The notes beneath the pieces were generated by a model. That model saw only the letters and a list, made by a program, of their open reading frames with translations, searched no databases and was not told the origin of the DNA. From NCBI GenBank assembly GCA_042408215.1, contig JAYFMW010000005.1:416001-480000 (forward strand): 64,000 bases of DNA, read 5' to 3'. Of this stretch, positions 21,734-32,464 are shown piece after piece. The stretch comes from Microcoleus sp. (GTDB lineage Bacteria; Cyanobacteriota; Cyanobacteriia; Cyanobacteriales; Microcoleaceae). Every line of letters begins with the position of its first letter. Position 1 is the stretch's first letter. A program made the translations under genes and the position numbers.

Positions 21734-22744
21734 ATGAATTTGACCACTAATTATCTAGGATTAGAGCTACGTTCCCCCTTAATTCCCTCCGCCGCCGCAC
21801 CTTTAACAGAAAATATTGACAATCTCAAACGCATGGAAGATGCGGGTGCGGGTGCTGTTGTGCTGCATTCATTGTTTGAGGAACAAATTCGGCAAGAACG
21901 TTTTGAACTGGAACATCACCTCACCTATGGTACTGATAGCTTTGCCGAATCTCTTACCTATTTTCCTGAACCAGAAATATTTCATGTCGGGACTCAAGAG
22001 TATTTGAATCATATCTCTAATGCTAAAGATATGGTGGATATTCCAATTATCGCCAGTCTTAACGGTTCAACAGTTGGCGGCTGGGTTAAGTACGCCAAAG
22101 AAATAGAATTAGCTGGGGCTGATGCACTGGAATTAAATGTGTATTATGTGCCGACAAATATGGAAATGAGCGGCGCACAAATTGAGCAGAATTATATTGA
22201 TATTCTGCGAGCCGTTAAATCCGAGGTAAGAATTCCGGTTGCCATTAAGCTGAGTCCTTTCTTTAGTAATATGGCAAATATGGCGAAACAGTTAACGGAA
22301 GCGGGAGCTAATGCTCTCGTTTTGTTTAACCGATTTTACCAGCCGGATATTAATATCGAAGAGTTAGAAGTGCAGCCGAATGTGTTGTTAAGTACGCCTC
22401 AAGCCATGCGTTTACCTTTGCGCTGGATTGCGATTTTGTATGGTCGCCTTGATGTTGATTTTGCTGCTACTAGCGGTATCCAAAAAGGTCAAGATGCGAT
22501 TAAAATGCTGATGGTTGGTGCTAATGCTACGATGCTTTGTTCAGTGTTATTGCGGCATGGAATTGAGCATATTAGCGTCATTGAAAAAGAGATGATTCAT
22601 TGGATGGAAGAACACGAATATGAGTCGGTAAAACAGATGCAGGGTTCGATGTCGCAGCTTAATTGTCCTGATGAATCAGCCTTTGAACGAGCACAGTATA
22701 TGAAGGCTGTCAATTCGTATAAACCGGAGCGAATCTTAGTTTAA
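21734..22744 (+). CDS. Dihydroorotate dehydrogenase-like flavoprotein (nifJ-linked)
   Basis: SLFEEQ, LELN, KLSPFF, LFNRFYQPD, AFERAQY. Confidence 0.88.
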   Translation: MNLTTNYLGLELRSPLIPSAAAPLTENIDNLKRMEDAGAGAVVLHSLFEEQIRQERFELEHHLTYGTDSFAESLTYFPEPEIFHVGTQEYLNHISNAKDMVDIPIIASLNGSTVGGWVKYAKEIELAGADALELNVYYVPTNMEMSGAQIEQNYIDILRAVKSEVRIPVAIKLSPFFSNMANMAKQLTEAGANALVLFNRFYQPDINIEELEVQPNVLLSTPQAMRLPLRWIAILYGRLDVDFAATSGIQKGQDAIKMLMVGANATMLCSVLLRHGIEHISVIEKEMIHWMEEHEYESVKQMQGSMSQLNCPDESAFERAQYMKAVNSYKPERILV

Positions 22745-22858
22745 GCAACTTTCAAAACTATTCGTAACGCCGCCGTCTCGGCGGTTACTTTACCGAGCAA
22801 GGGTGGTGGCGTTACTGAACAAGCCTGCGTAAGTCCTCAAAAAATAATTACAATTGCA

Positions 22859-22900
22859 TTGACACAAATTACAATTATACTCTATAATTGTAATTTGTGT
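22859..22900 (+). promoter_or_regulatory. Sigma70-like promoter covered by a perfect 18-bp inverted repeat
   Basis: TTGACA-N18-TATAAT; ACACAAATTACAATTATA-ctc-TATAATTGTAATTTGTGT. Confidence 0.6.
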
Positions 22901-22925
22901 ATCAACCATTACCAAGGATCAAAAT

Positions 22926-23125
22926 ATGTCAGAATTCCTAGATTTTATCCGGCATCAATTTGCTTAGGTCGCCTTCGGAGAATTCTAACCAGGTAAATTT
23001 GAAGAAGCCCAGCAACTCGATCGGAAGGCTGTTTCCACCTAGGGTCATGGTTTGAAAGGAGCGGATCTATTGCAATTACCGGAGACAGATCGAGGAATTG
23101 CGATCGTTTTTTGGGAAAGCATAAG
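22926..23125 (+). pseudogene. Decayed small gene resembling ABM-domain (antibiotic biosynthesis monooxygenase) proteins
   Basis: MSEFLDFIRHQFA*VAFGEF*PGKFEEAQQL...GIAIVFWES with three in-frame stops. Confidence 0.5.
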
Positions 23126-23264
23126 TAGGTCATCGAAAAAAAACAATATCCAATCTTAAATTGTAGTGGCTGGTTTAGTTACGGTCATGGTAGGATCGAG
23201 TTTACTGCTGCAAAACCCACCTCCCATGTTATATTTATTTGTACCCACTTACTTTGAAGAGATT

Positions 23265-23510
23265 GTCAGGAACCTCAGCCTAAAGGCATGAGGCTTGAAA
23301 GAGAAATCAACCCAAGCCATTCTGACCAGACCACCTAGCAAATAGGTAGCCGTTACTTGAGTCACGACACCCTGTGGATGCGAAGCTAGTCCCCTCCTCT
23401 GTCGCTAGTAGTTAAACAGTCTTAAGGTCACTGAGACAGTGCTGCGAGCAACGACAAGCTCTTGTAACAGGTCGAAGCTAACATTACCCCGCAAGGGAGG
23501 CTACTTAGTA
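23265..23510 (+). ncRNA. Orphan omega-RNA (HEARO-like)
   Basis: GTCAG/CTGAC P1; shares GTCACGACACCCTGTG, CTCTGTCGCTA and AGTTAAACA with the iscB upstream RNA; ends CCCGCAAGGGAGG. Confidence 0.8.
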
Positions 23511-23668
23511 GCAAAACACTATGCGTACAGGGCTGCAAGATTTGAAACGGTAACTGTCCCGTTGAAAGTGCAATACAAAGGTACACCGAACTCTTGCAGT
23601 TCCAAGGCGGTAGTGGCAAGAAATGTAAAGCCGTCCTAAAAGGACGGGGTTTCAAACCCATTTTTCTG
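23265..23668 (+). mobile_element. Non-autonomous IscB/IsrB element: omega-RNA, internally deleted ORF, IS200/605 end
   Basis: Begins GTCAG; ends AAAGCCGTCCTAAAAGGACGGGGTTTCAAACCCATTTTTCTG followed by ATGA (TAM-like). Confidence 0.8.
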
Positions 23669-23735
23669 ATGACAATGACTAATTTTTCCGATCGTATTAG
23701 CATATTCTGGTTATAGACGATCGTTTTTTAGCCTC

Positions 23736-23885
23736 GTAGCCAAGGAAAGTTGTGAACGGCAAAATATGGCGATCGCCACAGTCGTGGAGTATTCCCGCTT
23801 TCCCTGTCAGTCAGCTATGGAACGCGATCGCACCAAACTAGAATTCATCGTCACCGCAAGGGAGCAGAAGTAATGGACAAGATAA
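23736..23885 (+). pseudogene. hoxU: Internally deleted hoxU remnant
   Basis: Two blocks similar to hoxU ~13524-13598 and 13862-13930, with a CAA>TAA change. Confidence 0.85.
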
Positions 23886-24424
23886 AATTAGCTACTGTTT
23901 GGTTGGCTGGCTGTTCGGGCTGTCATATGTCTTTTTTGGACTTGGACGAATGGCTATTTGAACTGGTGAAGTATGCCGAGATTGTGCATAGCCCGATCGC
24001 CGACATCAAAGAATATCCTGAGAATGTCGATGTTTGTCTGGTGGAAGGGGCGATCGCCAATGAAGAGAATCTGGAATTAATTCATAAAATCCGCGATCGG
24101 ACCAAATTTCTAATTTCCTTTGGCGACTGTGCGGTGACAGCCAATGTGCCTGGGATGCGGAATATGATGGGCCGCGATAATGCCGATCTGGTGCTACGGC
24201 GCAGCTATCTAGAATTAGGAGATATCACGCCTCAATTACCAAAGGCCCCCGGTATTGTTCCCGAATTATTAGAGCGCGTTTTCCCTGTTCACGAAGTTGT
24301 CAAGGTCGATCTGTTTTTACCAGGTTGTCCACCTTCAGCCGATCGGATTAAAGCAGCGATCGCGCCATTGCTTGAAGGGAAAATGCCTCTAATGGAAGGT
24401 CGAGACATGATCAAATTTGGATAA
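23873..24424 (+). CDS. hoxY: Bidirectional hydrogenase small subunit HoxY
   Basis: [21 protein letters not shown]. Confidence 0.96.
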   Translation: MDKIKLATVWLAGCSGCHMSFLDLDEWLFELVKYAEIVHSPIADIKEYPENVDVCLVEGAIANEENLELIHKIRDRTKFLISFGDCAVTANVPGMRNMMGRDNADLVLRRSYLELGDITPQLPKAPGIVPELLERVFPVHEVVKVDLFLPGCPPSADRIKAAIAPLLEGKMPLMEGRDMIKFG

Positions 24425-25865
24425 AAGGCAGGAGATTTTTATGACAAAAACAATTGTAATCGATCCAGTCACCCGCATTGAAGGTCATGCCAAAATCTCA
24501 ATCTTTCTGGATGATCTTGGCGAAGTCTCAGACGCGCATTTTCATGTAGTGGAATATCGCGGGTTTGAGAAATTTTGCGAAAATCGCCCCATGTGGGAAA
24601 TGGCGGGGATCACATCGCGGATTTGTGGCATCTGTCCCGTTAGTCATTTACTTGCATCAGCCAAAACAGGCGATAAACTGCTGGCTGTAAAAATTCCGCC
24701 GGCGGGGGAAAAACTGCGCCGCTTGATGAATCTTGCCCAAATCACCCAATCTCACGCCCTTTCTTTTTTCCATTTAAGTTCTCCTGATTTTCTCCTCGGC
24801 TGGGATACCAATCCTGCAATCCGCAATGTATTTGGATTGATGTCTGCTAATCCCGAACTAGCAAGAGGAGGAATTCGTCTGCGTCAGTTTGGACAGCAAA
24901 TTATTGAAATATTGGGCGCGAAGAAAATCCATACCGCTTGGGCTGTCCCCGGTGGTGTGCGATCGCCCCTGTGCGAAGAAGGTAGAGCATGGATTCGCGA
25001 TCGTCTCCCTGAATCTCTTGCTACGATTGAAAATGCCCTGACTCTGTTTAAGAATTTATTAACTGAATTAAAAACAGAAGTCGATGTATTTGGCAATTTT
25101 CCTTCGCTGTTTATGAGCTTAGTTGGGAAAAATGGCGAATGGGAACATTACGGTGGACATATTCGCTTTACTGATAGTCATGGGCAGATTGTCGCTGATA
25201 ATCTGAGCGAAGATGACTATCAACAATACATCGGTGAAGCGGTTGAGCCTTGGTCATATTTAAAGTTTCCCTATTACAAACCGCTTGGTTATCCCGATGG
25301 CATCTATCGCGTGGGCCCCTTAGCACGCTTGAATGTTTGTACGCATATCGGTACGCCCAAAGCCGATCGCGAACTCCAAGAATTTCGCGATCGCGCAGGT
25401 GGTGTGGCGCTTTCTTCGTTCTTCTATCATTACGCTCGTTTAGTTGAGATTTTGGCAGCGATCGAGAAGATTGCCGAACTGATTGATGATCCTGATATCA
25501 CATCACCGCATACTCGCGCCAAGGCAGGGATCAACTGTCTAGAAGGTATTGGCGTAAGCGAAGCGCCTCGCGGTACATTGTTTCATCATTACAATGTCGA
25601 TGAGAATGGGATGATTAAAAAGGTGAATTTAATCATTGCAACGGGACACAATAACCTCGCGATGAACAAAACCGTTACTCAGATTGCCAAACATTACATT
25701 CACAATGGTGATGTTTCAGAAGGCTTACTCAACCGAGTCGAGGCTGGTATTCGCAATTTCGATCCTTGTCTAAGTTGCTCCACCCATGCTTTCGGAAAAA
25801 TGCCTTTGCTAATAGAGTTACTTGGTTCTGATGGTAAATTGCTTCAGCAATTAAACCGATGCTAA
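24417..25865 (+). CDS. hoxH: Bidirectional NiFe hydrogenase large subunit HoxH (likely start ATG 24441)
   Basis: [25 protein letters not shown]. Confidence 0.97.
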   Translation: MDKRQEIFMTKTIVIDPVTRIEGHAKISIFLDDLGEVSDAHFHVVEYRGFEKFCENRPMWEMAGITSRICGICPVSHLLASAKTGDKLLAVKIPPAGEKLRRLMNLAQITQSHALSFFHLSSPDFLLGWDTNPAIRNVFGLMSANPELARGGIRLRQFGQQIIEILGAKKIHTAWAVPGGVRSPLCEEGRAWIRDRLPESLATIENALTLFKNLLTELKTEVDVFGNFPSLFMSLVGKNGEWEHYGGHIRFTDSHGQIVADNLSEDDYQQYIGEAVEPWSYLKFPYYKPLGYPDGIYRVGPLARLNVCTHIGTPKADRELQEFRDRAGGVALSSFFYHYARLVEILAAIEKIAELIDDPDITSPHTRAKAGINCLEGIGVSEAPRGTLFHHYNVDENGMIKKVNLIIATGHNNLAMNKTVTQIAKHYIHNGDVSEGLLNRVEAGIRNFDPCLSCSTHAFGKMPLLIELLGSDGKLLQQLNRC

Positions 25866-25870
25866 TTATA

Positions 25871-26105
25871 GCTATCCGCGAACCACTGGACAAACCTGGA
25901 CAATCCAGAGAAATCCTTGGTAGAGATAGCCCGGTTAAGTCTAACCACAGACTACGTTAAGAAGGTCACGACACCCTGTGAGTGCTTGCCAGCTCCTTGC
26001 TCTGTCGCTACCAGTTAAACATCTTTATTTCGCTAAGGAAGTGCTGCTAGTCTGACAAGCCCTCTTAACATTACCAAGGCAAAAATCACCCGATTATTCG
26101 GAGGC
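25871..26105 (+). ncRNA. IscB omega-RNA (HEARO-like)
   Basis: GCTATC/GATAGC P1, AAGTC...GACTACGTT, GACACCC, CTCTGTCG, CCCGA...TCGGAGG immediately upstream of iscB. Confidence 0.85.
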
Positions 26106-26110
26106 TCAAT

Positions 26111-27448
26111 ATGAGCAAAATATTCGTTGTAGACACCAACAAAAATCCTCTAAATCCTATCCATCCAGGCCGATCCAGGATGCTGCTTCAAGAGGGCAAA
26201 GCCGCTGTCTGGAAACGTTACCCGTTCACCATCATCCTGAAAGATGTTCTACCAAATCCCCAAATTGCACCCTGGCGATTAAAAATAGATCCTGGTGCTA
26301 AATTGACTGGCTTAGCACTGGTAGATGATGCAACAGGAGAAGTAGTTTGGGCCGCCGAACTAGAACATAGAGGCTTTCAAATTCGCGATGCTTTAACCAA
26401 ACGCCGCCAGTTAAGAAGAGGAAGACGCCATCGAAAAACTCGGTATCGTCAACCACGCTTTGATAACCGGAAACGCCCTACAGGGTGGCTCCCACCCAGT
26501 CTGCAAAGCCGAGTTGAGAATATCGTAACTTGGGTTCGTAGGTTACAAAAGCTAGCGTTGATTTCTGATATTTCTCAGGAATTAGTCAAGTTTGACACTC
26601 AACTCATGGAGAATCCAGACATCAGTGGAGTCGCATACCAACAAGGTGAGTTAGCTGGTTACGAAGTGCGAGAATTTCTGCTTTTCAAATTCAATCATAC
26701 CTGTATGTACTGTGGGGCTAAAGATACTCGTTTGGAGATTGAGCATCTTTTACCGAAGTCTAAAGGTGGTTCAAATAGAATTAGTAATTTAGGCATTGCT
26801 TGTAGGAATTGCAACCAAAAAAAAGGCCGTCAAGCTCTCAGAGAATTTTTAGCCCAAAAACCTGACTTGTTACAGCGCATTCTGAGACAAGTAAAACAAC
26901 AGAAAGCCGACACTGCTGCCGTTAATTCTACCCGTTGGGCATTATTTAATCGACTCAAAGAGACTGGATTATCCGTGGAAGTTGGGACTGGTGGGCGGAC
27001 AAAGTTTAACCGATGTCGTCAAAACCTACCTAAAACTCACTGGCTGGATGCTGCCTGTGTTGGGGCATCTACACCCCTCAAACTAAAAGTTTCAGGGGTA
27101 GTGCCGCTGTCAATAAGGGCTGTTGGTTATGGAAATCGTCAAATGTGTCAAGTTGACAAATTTGGCTTTCCTAAGCGTGGTAAGGAAGGTAAGCTAATCA
27201 AACGTGAGCGACAGAAAAATTACTTTGGTTTTCAAACGGGCGACATGGTTAAAGCTATTGTTCCTACTGGGAAACACGCTGGTACTCACGTTGGTAAAGT
27301 CACCGTCAGAAAATCCGGTGCATTTGATTTGACTGTGGCTCATGTGCGCTTGCAGAGTATTCGTTGGAAGCACTGCCGCGCGGTGAACCGCTTTGATGGT
27401 TACAGTTATGCCTCTTTGTCCACCAATGTCGAGTTTTTAAACGATTAG
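26111..27448 (+). CDS. iscB: IscB RNA-guided endonuclease (split RuvC + HNH)
   Basis: PLMP-like N-terminus (PLNP), KIDPG, Arg-rich RRxRR bridge helix, SQELVKFD, CxxC...EH...NL...CxxCN, HWLDA. Confidence 0.95.
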   Translation: MSKIFVVDTNKNPLNPIHPGRSRMLLQEGKAAVWKRYPFTIILKDVLPNPQIAPWRLKIDPGAKLTGLALVDDATGEVVWAAELEHRGFQIRDALTKRRQLRRGRRHRKTRYRQPRFDNRKRPTGWLPPSLQSRVENIVTWVRRLQKLALISDISQELVKFDTQLMENPDISGVAYQQGELAGYEVREFLLFKFNHTCMYCGAKDTRLEIEHLLPKSKGGSNRISNLGIACRNCNQKKGRQALREFLAQKPDLLQRILRQVKQQKADTAAVNSTRWALFNRLKETGLSVEVGTGGRTKFNRCRQNLPKTHWLDAACVGASTPLKLKVSGVVPLSIRAVGYGNRQMCQVDKFGFPKRGKEGKLIKRERQKNYFGFQTGDMVKAIVPTGKHAGTHVGKVTVRKSGAFDLTVAHVRLQSIRWKHCRAVNRFDGYSYASLSTNVEFLND

Positions 27449-27490
27449 AGGCGTACCGATCGCCTTCATGCTGAGGACAAATTAAAACCC

Positions 27491-27530
27491 AGAAAGCTAG
27501 GGGCAATTTATGAATTTCCTCTAGCTTTCT
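27491..27530. terminator. Hairpin between convergent hoxH/iscB and hypE
   Basis: AGAAAGCTAG...CTAGCTTTCT inverted repeat. Confidence 0.55.
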
Positions 27531-27533
27531 CTA

Positions 27534-28610
27534 CTAGCAAATGCGTGGTAATTGCTCACCACTTAGCATACTCAAAATGCGGGTAAGGCCGATTTGACCG
27601 CGCAGGGATACTAGAGATTTAGCCCGATCGACAACTCGCCCGATCGCTTTCATCTGTCCACCAGCTTCTGGAAAATTACTGGCGATCGCGATCGCTTTCT
27701 CCACCTCAGATTCAGGGACAAATGCCACAAATCTCCCTTCGTTTGCTACATAGAGCGGATCGAGTCCCAAAATCTCACAGACAGCCCGCACATCCTCCCG
27801 TACAGCGATCGCCGTCTCTTCCACCATCATGTGCAAATTTGTGGCGCTAGCCAGTTCATTTAGCGCCGTGGCTAGCCCACCGCGAGTCAAATCACGCATA
27901 GCATGAATCTCTACACCGCCTTCTAGCAAAGCCATGACGAGTTCTGCTAATGCCAAACTATCGCTCTGAATCTCTGACTCAAATTCTAAACCTTCCCGCG
28001 CCGCCATAATCGCGATTCCGTGACGACCAATATCACCATTTAAAAGAATTACATCACCCTCACAGATAGATTGTGGTAAGATTTCTAAGTTGGTGGCGAT
28101 CGCGCCAATTCCTGCTGTATTAATAAAGATGCCATCGCCCTTACCGCGATCGACAACTTTCGTATCACCTGTCACAATTTGCACCCCTGCAATCTCGGCG
28201 GCGAGGCGCATCGACTGGACGATTTGCCAAAGGGTATCCATCGCCAGTCCCTCCTCCAAAATAAAGCCAGCACTGAGATAAAGCGGTCGTGCTCCCATCA
28301 TTGCCAGATCGTTAACGGTACCGTTAACTGCTAAACTGCCAATATCACCACCAGCAAAAAAGAGCGGTTTTACTACATAGGAATCTGTCGTAAATGCTAG
28401 TTTTGATTGCTGTGGAAGCAGAGAAAAGATGGCGGCATCTTGTTGGGCGCGATCGCCCATCGCAAAGGCGGGCGCAAATATTTCCGCAATCAATTGATGC
28501 GTCAATCTACCGCCGCCGCCATGTGCTAAGATAATCTGCGGATATTGTTGGAGAGCGATCGGGCAGGAGCGGTTCTTTTCTAGCGACATAATTTTTGCCA
28601 ATGCGTCCAA
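27534..28610 (-). CDS. hypE: Hydrogenase maturation protein HypE
   Basis: [28 protein letters not shown]-terminal LPRIC. Confidence 0.97.
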   Translation of the reverse strand: MDALAKIMSLEKNRSCPIALQQYPQIILAHGGGGRLTHQLIAEIFAPAFAMGDRAQQDAAIFSLLPQQSKLAFTTDSYVVKPLFFAGGDIGSLAVNGTVNDLAMMGARPLYLSAGFILEEGLAMDTLWQIVQSMRLAAEIAGVQIVTGDTKVVDRGKGDGIFINTAGIGAIATNLEILPQSICEGDVILLNGDIGRHGIAIMAAREGLEFESEIQSDSLALAELVMALLEGGVEIHAMRDLTRGGLATALNELASATNLHMMVEETAIAVREDVRAVCEILGLDPLYVANEGRFVAFVPESEVEKAIAIASNFPEAGGQMKAIGRVVDRAKSLVSLRGQIGLTRILSMLSGEQLPRIC

Positions 28611-28804
28611 ATAATCACCATTGCCATCGGATCAAGGCGACAAACTTTCAACCTGATCTAGAATGGCATATTAATAAGTATGGTCTCAAAAATTATTTAT
28701 TAAGTTTTGTAACGTTTTGATAAGATTTTGATTTTAAGTGATGGATTAAGTTTATAATGGATACATAAAGATGAACGATTCACATCTTTAAAAATCGCAA
28801 AATT

Positions 28805-31051
28805 TTGAAAATTAAAGCTATGTATGCAGAATGGCAAGGCTTTACAGGCGGCAGTTGGACAAAGGAAGTCAATGTAAGGGACTTCATTCAAAAGAATTAC
28901 ACACCCTATGAAGGGAATTCTGAGTTTCTCGCTGAACCAACTACAAGGACTAAAAAGCTTTGGCATGAAGTCTTGGAACTGATGAAACTAGAACGCGAAA
29001 AGGGGATCTTGGATGTTGACACTAAAGTGCCATCATCAATAGTAGCCCATGACGCTGGATATATCGATCGCGAACTAGAAAAAATAGTCGGTTTGCAGAC
29101 AGATAAACCTCTGAAACGTGCCATCATGCCCAACGGCGGCATTCGCGTTGTCGCCGCTGGTTTGAAAGCCTATGGCTATCAACTCGATCCCCAAACCGAA
29201 GAAGTTTTCACGGCTTATCGCAAAACCCATAATGACGGGGTGTTTGATGTCTATACCCGTGAAATGCGAATGGCAAGACGCTCTGGCATTATCACAGGTT
29301 TACCCGATGCCTACGGGCGCGGACGGATTATTGGTGATTATCGCCGTGTCGCTCTCTATGGAGTCGATCGCCTGATCGATGACAAGAAGAATCAGCAAGA
29401 ATTCCTCGAACTGGACATGATGGACGAGGCAACAATTCGTCTGCGTGAAGAGTTATCCGAACAGATTCGGGCTTTGTTTGAACTCAAGGAAATGGCAGCG
29501 AAGTACGGCTTTGATATTGGTCGTCCTGCGGTCGACTCTCAGGAAGCGGTGCAGTGGCTCTATTTTGGCTATCTAGGCGCTGTCAAAGAGCAGAATGGGG
29601 CGGCGATGTCCCTCGGTCGGGTATCGACCTTTTTGGATGTATATTTTGAGCGTGATTTACGCAATGGGGCGATCGCCGAAGTCGATTTGCAAGAACTGAT
29701 CGATCATTTCGTGATGAAGCTCCGCATGGTACGCTTTTTGCGAACCCCTGACTACAATAATCTGTTCTCAGGCGATCCGACATGGGTAACGGAAGCGATC
29801 GGTGGTATGAGCGCCGATGGTAGAACTTTGGTAACAAAAACCAGTTATCGATTCTTGCACACACTCTCCAACCTCGGTGCAGCACCAGAACCAAACCTGA
29901 CGGTATTATGGTCTGAACATTTACCAGAAAGCTTCAAACAATTCTGTGCCAAGATTTCTAGTGATACCAGTTCCATTCAGTACGAAAATGATGATTTGAT
30001 GCGCCAGACTTATGGCGATGATTATGCGATCGCCTGTTGCGTATCAGCCATGCGAATCGGCAAACAGATGCAGTTTTTTGGCGCAAGGGTGAATCTTGCG
30101 AAAACCCTGCTCTATGCGATTAATGGCGGCAAAGATGAAAAATCTGGCGACCAAATCGCGCCTCTATTCGCACCAATCACTGCTGAAGGATATCTGGATT
30201 ACAACGAAGTAAATGCACGCTTGCAGCAAATGATGGCATGGCTAGCCAAAGCCTACATCAATACGCTCAACGTCATTCACTATATGCACGACAAGTATTG
30301 CTACGAGCGGATCGAAATGGCTCTGCACGATCGCGATGTCTATCGGACGATGGCTTGTGGGATTGCAGGCTTGTCAGTGGTGACTGACTCGCTTTCAGCG
30401 ATTAAATATGCCAAAGTCAAGGTGATTCGCAACGAGCAAGGCTTGGCTGTGGATTATCAGGTCGAAGGTGATTATCCCAAGTACGGCAACAATGACGATC
30501 TCGTTGATAGTATTGCGATCGACTTAGTGCAACGTTTCATGAATGAGATCCGTAAGCACAAAACCTATCGCGACGCAGTACCAACGCAATCGGTGCTCAC
30601 GATTACTTCTAATGTAGTCTATGGCAAGAAAACAGGCAGCACTCCCGATGGACGCAAAGCGGGCGAACCTTTTGCTCCCGGTGCGAACCCAATGCACGGA
30701 CGAGATGCTTGTGGGGCGATCGCTTCCCTGGCATCTGTGGCAAAATTGCCCTATAGTGACTGTCAAGATGGTATCTCGAACACCTTCTCAATTCTGCCTA
30801 CGGCTTTGGGAAGATTGGAAAGCGATCGCACCAATAATCTAGTTGGTTTGCTCGATGGCTATTTCCACGATGGCGGTCATCATATCAATGTCAACGCCCT
30901 CGATCGCACCACTTTACTCGATGCGATGGAACATCCTGAAAACTATCCTCAATTGACAATTCGCGTGTCGGGCTATGCAGTGAACTTCATCAAGCTCACC
31001 CGCGAACAGCAATTGGATGTAATTAAACGGACTTTCCACGAACGAGTCTAG
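28805..31051 (+). CDS. pflB: Pyruvate formate-lyase (likely start ATG 28820)
   Basis: IACCVS active site and IRVSGY glycyl-radical motif. Confidence 0.98.
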   Translation: MKIKAMYAEWQGFTGGSWTKEVNVRDFIQKNYTPYEGNSEFLAEPTTRTKKLWHEVLELMKLEREKGILDVDTKVPSSIVAHDAGYIDRELEKIVGLQTDKPLKRAIMPNGGIRVVAAGLKAYGYQLDPQTEEVFTAYRKTHNDGVFDVYTREMRMARRSGIITGLPDAYGRGRIIGDYRRVALYGVDRLIDDKKNQQEFLELDMMDEATIRLREELSEQIRALFELKEMAAKYGFDIGRPAVDSQEAVQWLYFGYLGAVKEQNGAAMSLGRVSTFLDVYFERDLRNGAIAEVDLQELIDHFVMKLRMVRFLRTPDYNNLFSGDPTWVTEAIGGMSADGRTLVTKTSYRFLHTLSNLGAAPEPNLTVLWSEHLPESFKQFCAKISSDTSSIQYENDDLMRQTYGDDYAIACCVSAMRIGKQMQFFGARVNLAKTLLYAINGGKDEKSGDQIAPLFAPITAEGYLDYNEVNARLQQMMAWLAKAYINTLNVIHYMHDKYCYERIEMALHDRDVYRTMACGIAGLSVVTDSLSAIKYAKVKVIRNEQGLAVDYQVEGDYPKYGNNDDLVDSIAIDLVQRFMNEIRKHKTYRDAVPTQSVLTITSNVVYGKKTGSTPDGRKAGEPFAPGANPMHGRDACGAIASLASVAKLPYSDCQDGISNTFSILPTALGRLESDRTNNLVGLLDGYFHDGGHHINVNALDRTTLLDAMEHPENYPQLTIRVSGYAVNFIKLTREQQLDVIKRTFHERV

Positions 31052-31184
31052 AATCGGGCTGACGCATAAATAGCAAAGAAACCGGGTTGTTCAAACCAGT
31101 TAAATACTCAAAGCCAGTATTTACCTAAAAAACCCGGTTGCTCAAGGCTAAAAAGCAGCTATTAAGGAACTAAAAGCGAAATTA

Positions 31185-31925
31185 ATGTCTGGAATTGGAC
31201 GCATTCATTCGATCGAAACCTTTGGTACTGTTGACGGGCCAGGAATTCGCTTTATTGTCTTCACTCAGGGTTGTCCCTTACGTTGTCTATATTGTCATAA
31301 TCCTGATTGTCGCAATGCCCATGATGGCAAAGAAGTCACAGTTGACTATCTGATCGATCAGATTCAAAAATGTAAATCCTACATTCGTAAAGGCGGCGTG
31401 ACTGTCAGCGGTGGCGAACCCTTGATGCAACCGGAATTTACGAGAGAAATATTCGATCGCTGTCATCAACTAGGCTTACATACCGCCCTTGATACCTCTG
31501 GCTATTGTGCTTTAGAAGTTGCAAAACCAGTTCTAGACATGACCGATCTAGTGCTACTAGACATCAAATCTTACATTCCCGAACTCTATTACAAAGTGAC
31601 CAATGTTTCCATTGAGCCAACTTTGGCAATGGCAAAATACCTCAGCGAAATTGGCAAGCCTGTATGGATTCGGTTGGTCTTAGTTCCCCATCTCACCGAT
31701 CGTATTGACAACATCCATCAACTAGCAGATTTTATCGCTACACTCACAAATGTCGAGAGATTGGAAGTTCTACCATTTCATAAAATGGGGGAATATAAAT
31801 GGGAACAATTAGGACTGCCCTATGCCCTCAAAGACACACCACCAGCCTCTCCTGAACTCGTGCAGCAAACTGTTGATATATTTCGCGATCGCGGGATCAA
31901 GTCGGTTGGTGCGATCGCGCTATAA
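31185..31925 (+). CDS. pflA: PFL-activating radical SAM enzyme
   Basis: VDGPGIR, GCPLRCLYCHNPD, SGGEP. Confidence 0.97.
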   Translation: MSGIGRIHSIETFGTVDGPGIRFIVFTQGCPLRCLYCHNPDCRNAHDGKEVTVDYLIDQIQKCKSYIRKGGVTVSGGEPLMQPEFTREIFDRCHQLGLHTALDTSGYCALEVAKPVLDMTDLVLLDIKSYIPELYYKVTNVSIEPTLAMAKYLSEIGKPVWIRLVLVPHLTDRIDNIHQLADFIATLTNVERLEVLPFHKMGEYKWEQLGLPYALKDTPPASPELVQQTVDIFRDRGIKSVGAIAL

Positions 31926-31990
31926 ACCATGAGGAGATTTCTCAAAACAGCCAAGTAAAGCAGCTAGTGTCCTAAATTTAATCAGGCTGT

Positions 31991-32464
31991 CAAAAAGTGA
32001 TTCAATTTTAGCTAGACAGGAATCCCCACAATATACCTAAAGAAGGTTAGTGTAGGATGAAGGCACTGGCTCCGAGGATTCCACCCGTGGTCGATGAGCC
32101 CTTCAGATCCAACCCATAGCTCAGGACTCAGGGTAAACTCTGTCGAACCGTTCATCATCTCATCAGCATAGCTTTGAGCAGTGAACCGGTGGATGACGAT
32201 CCGAACCCAACGACTGCGTCGATCCGCTCGCGAAGCCTTGTACCCTCGAAGTGTCGAAGTGTTCGACTACCCACGCACCATCGAAGGGCGATCGGGCATC
32301 GCAAATTCCTTGTTATCATATGATCGGTGAGACCCGACCAGTTCCTCACTTGAAAACGCCATAGAGGGAAACGATGGTCGTACCAGCCCAGGAAGTTCAA
32401 GGGTATCCTTCACAGGACTGAGGCGCCCAAACCAGAACCCTTGCGATTGGTGTGGGAGTGTCAA
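31991..32464 (+). mobile_element. IS200/605-derived non-coding element (PATE-like) upstream of hoxE
   Basis: LE-like AGGAATCCCCAC...GTGTAGGATGAAGGC; RE GGGAGTGTCAA as at 13022-13032; no credible ORF. Confidence 0.6.

Larger units (their letters stand above)
25858..27457 (+). mobile_element. IscB element with IS607-like ends (5' boundary uncertain)
   Basis: 3' end matches the IS607 left end at 8032-8080 at 36/49 positions, ungapped; CTGGACAA repeats with 10-bp period at the 5' end. Confidence 0.65.

Noticed and set aside
28768..28790. Rex/FNR-like site upstream of pflB (TGAACGATTCACA)
   Set aside because: Spacing and flanks do not fit either consensus, and it is not repeated upstream of the other fermentation genes.
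32155..32464. Two short minus-strand ORFs in the pflA-hoxE gap
   Set aside because: Non-ATG starts, no motifs, and they lie within an IS-derived non-coding element.
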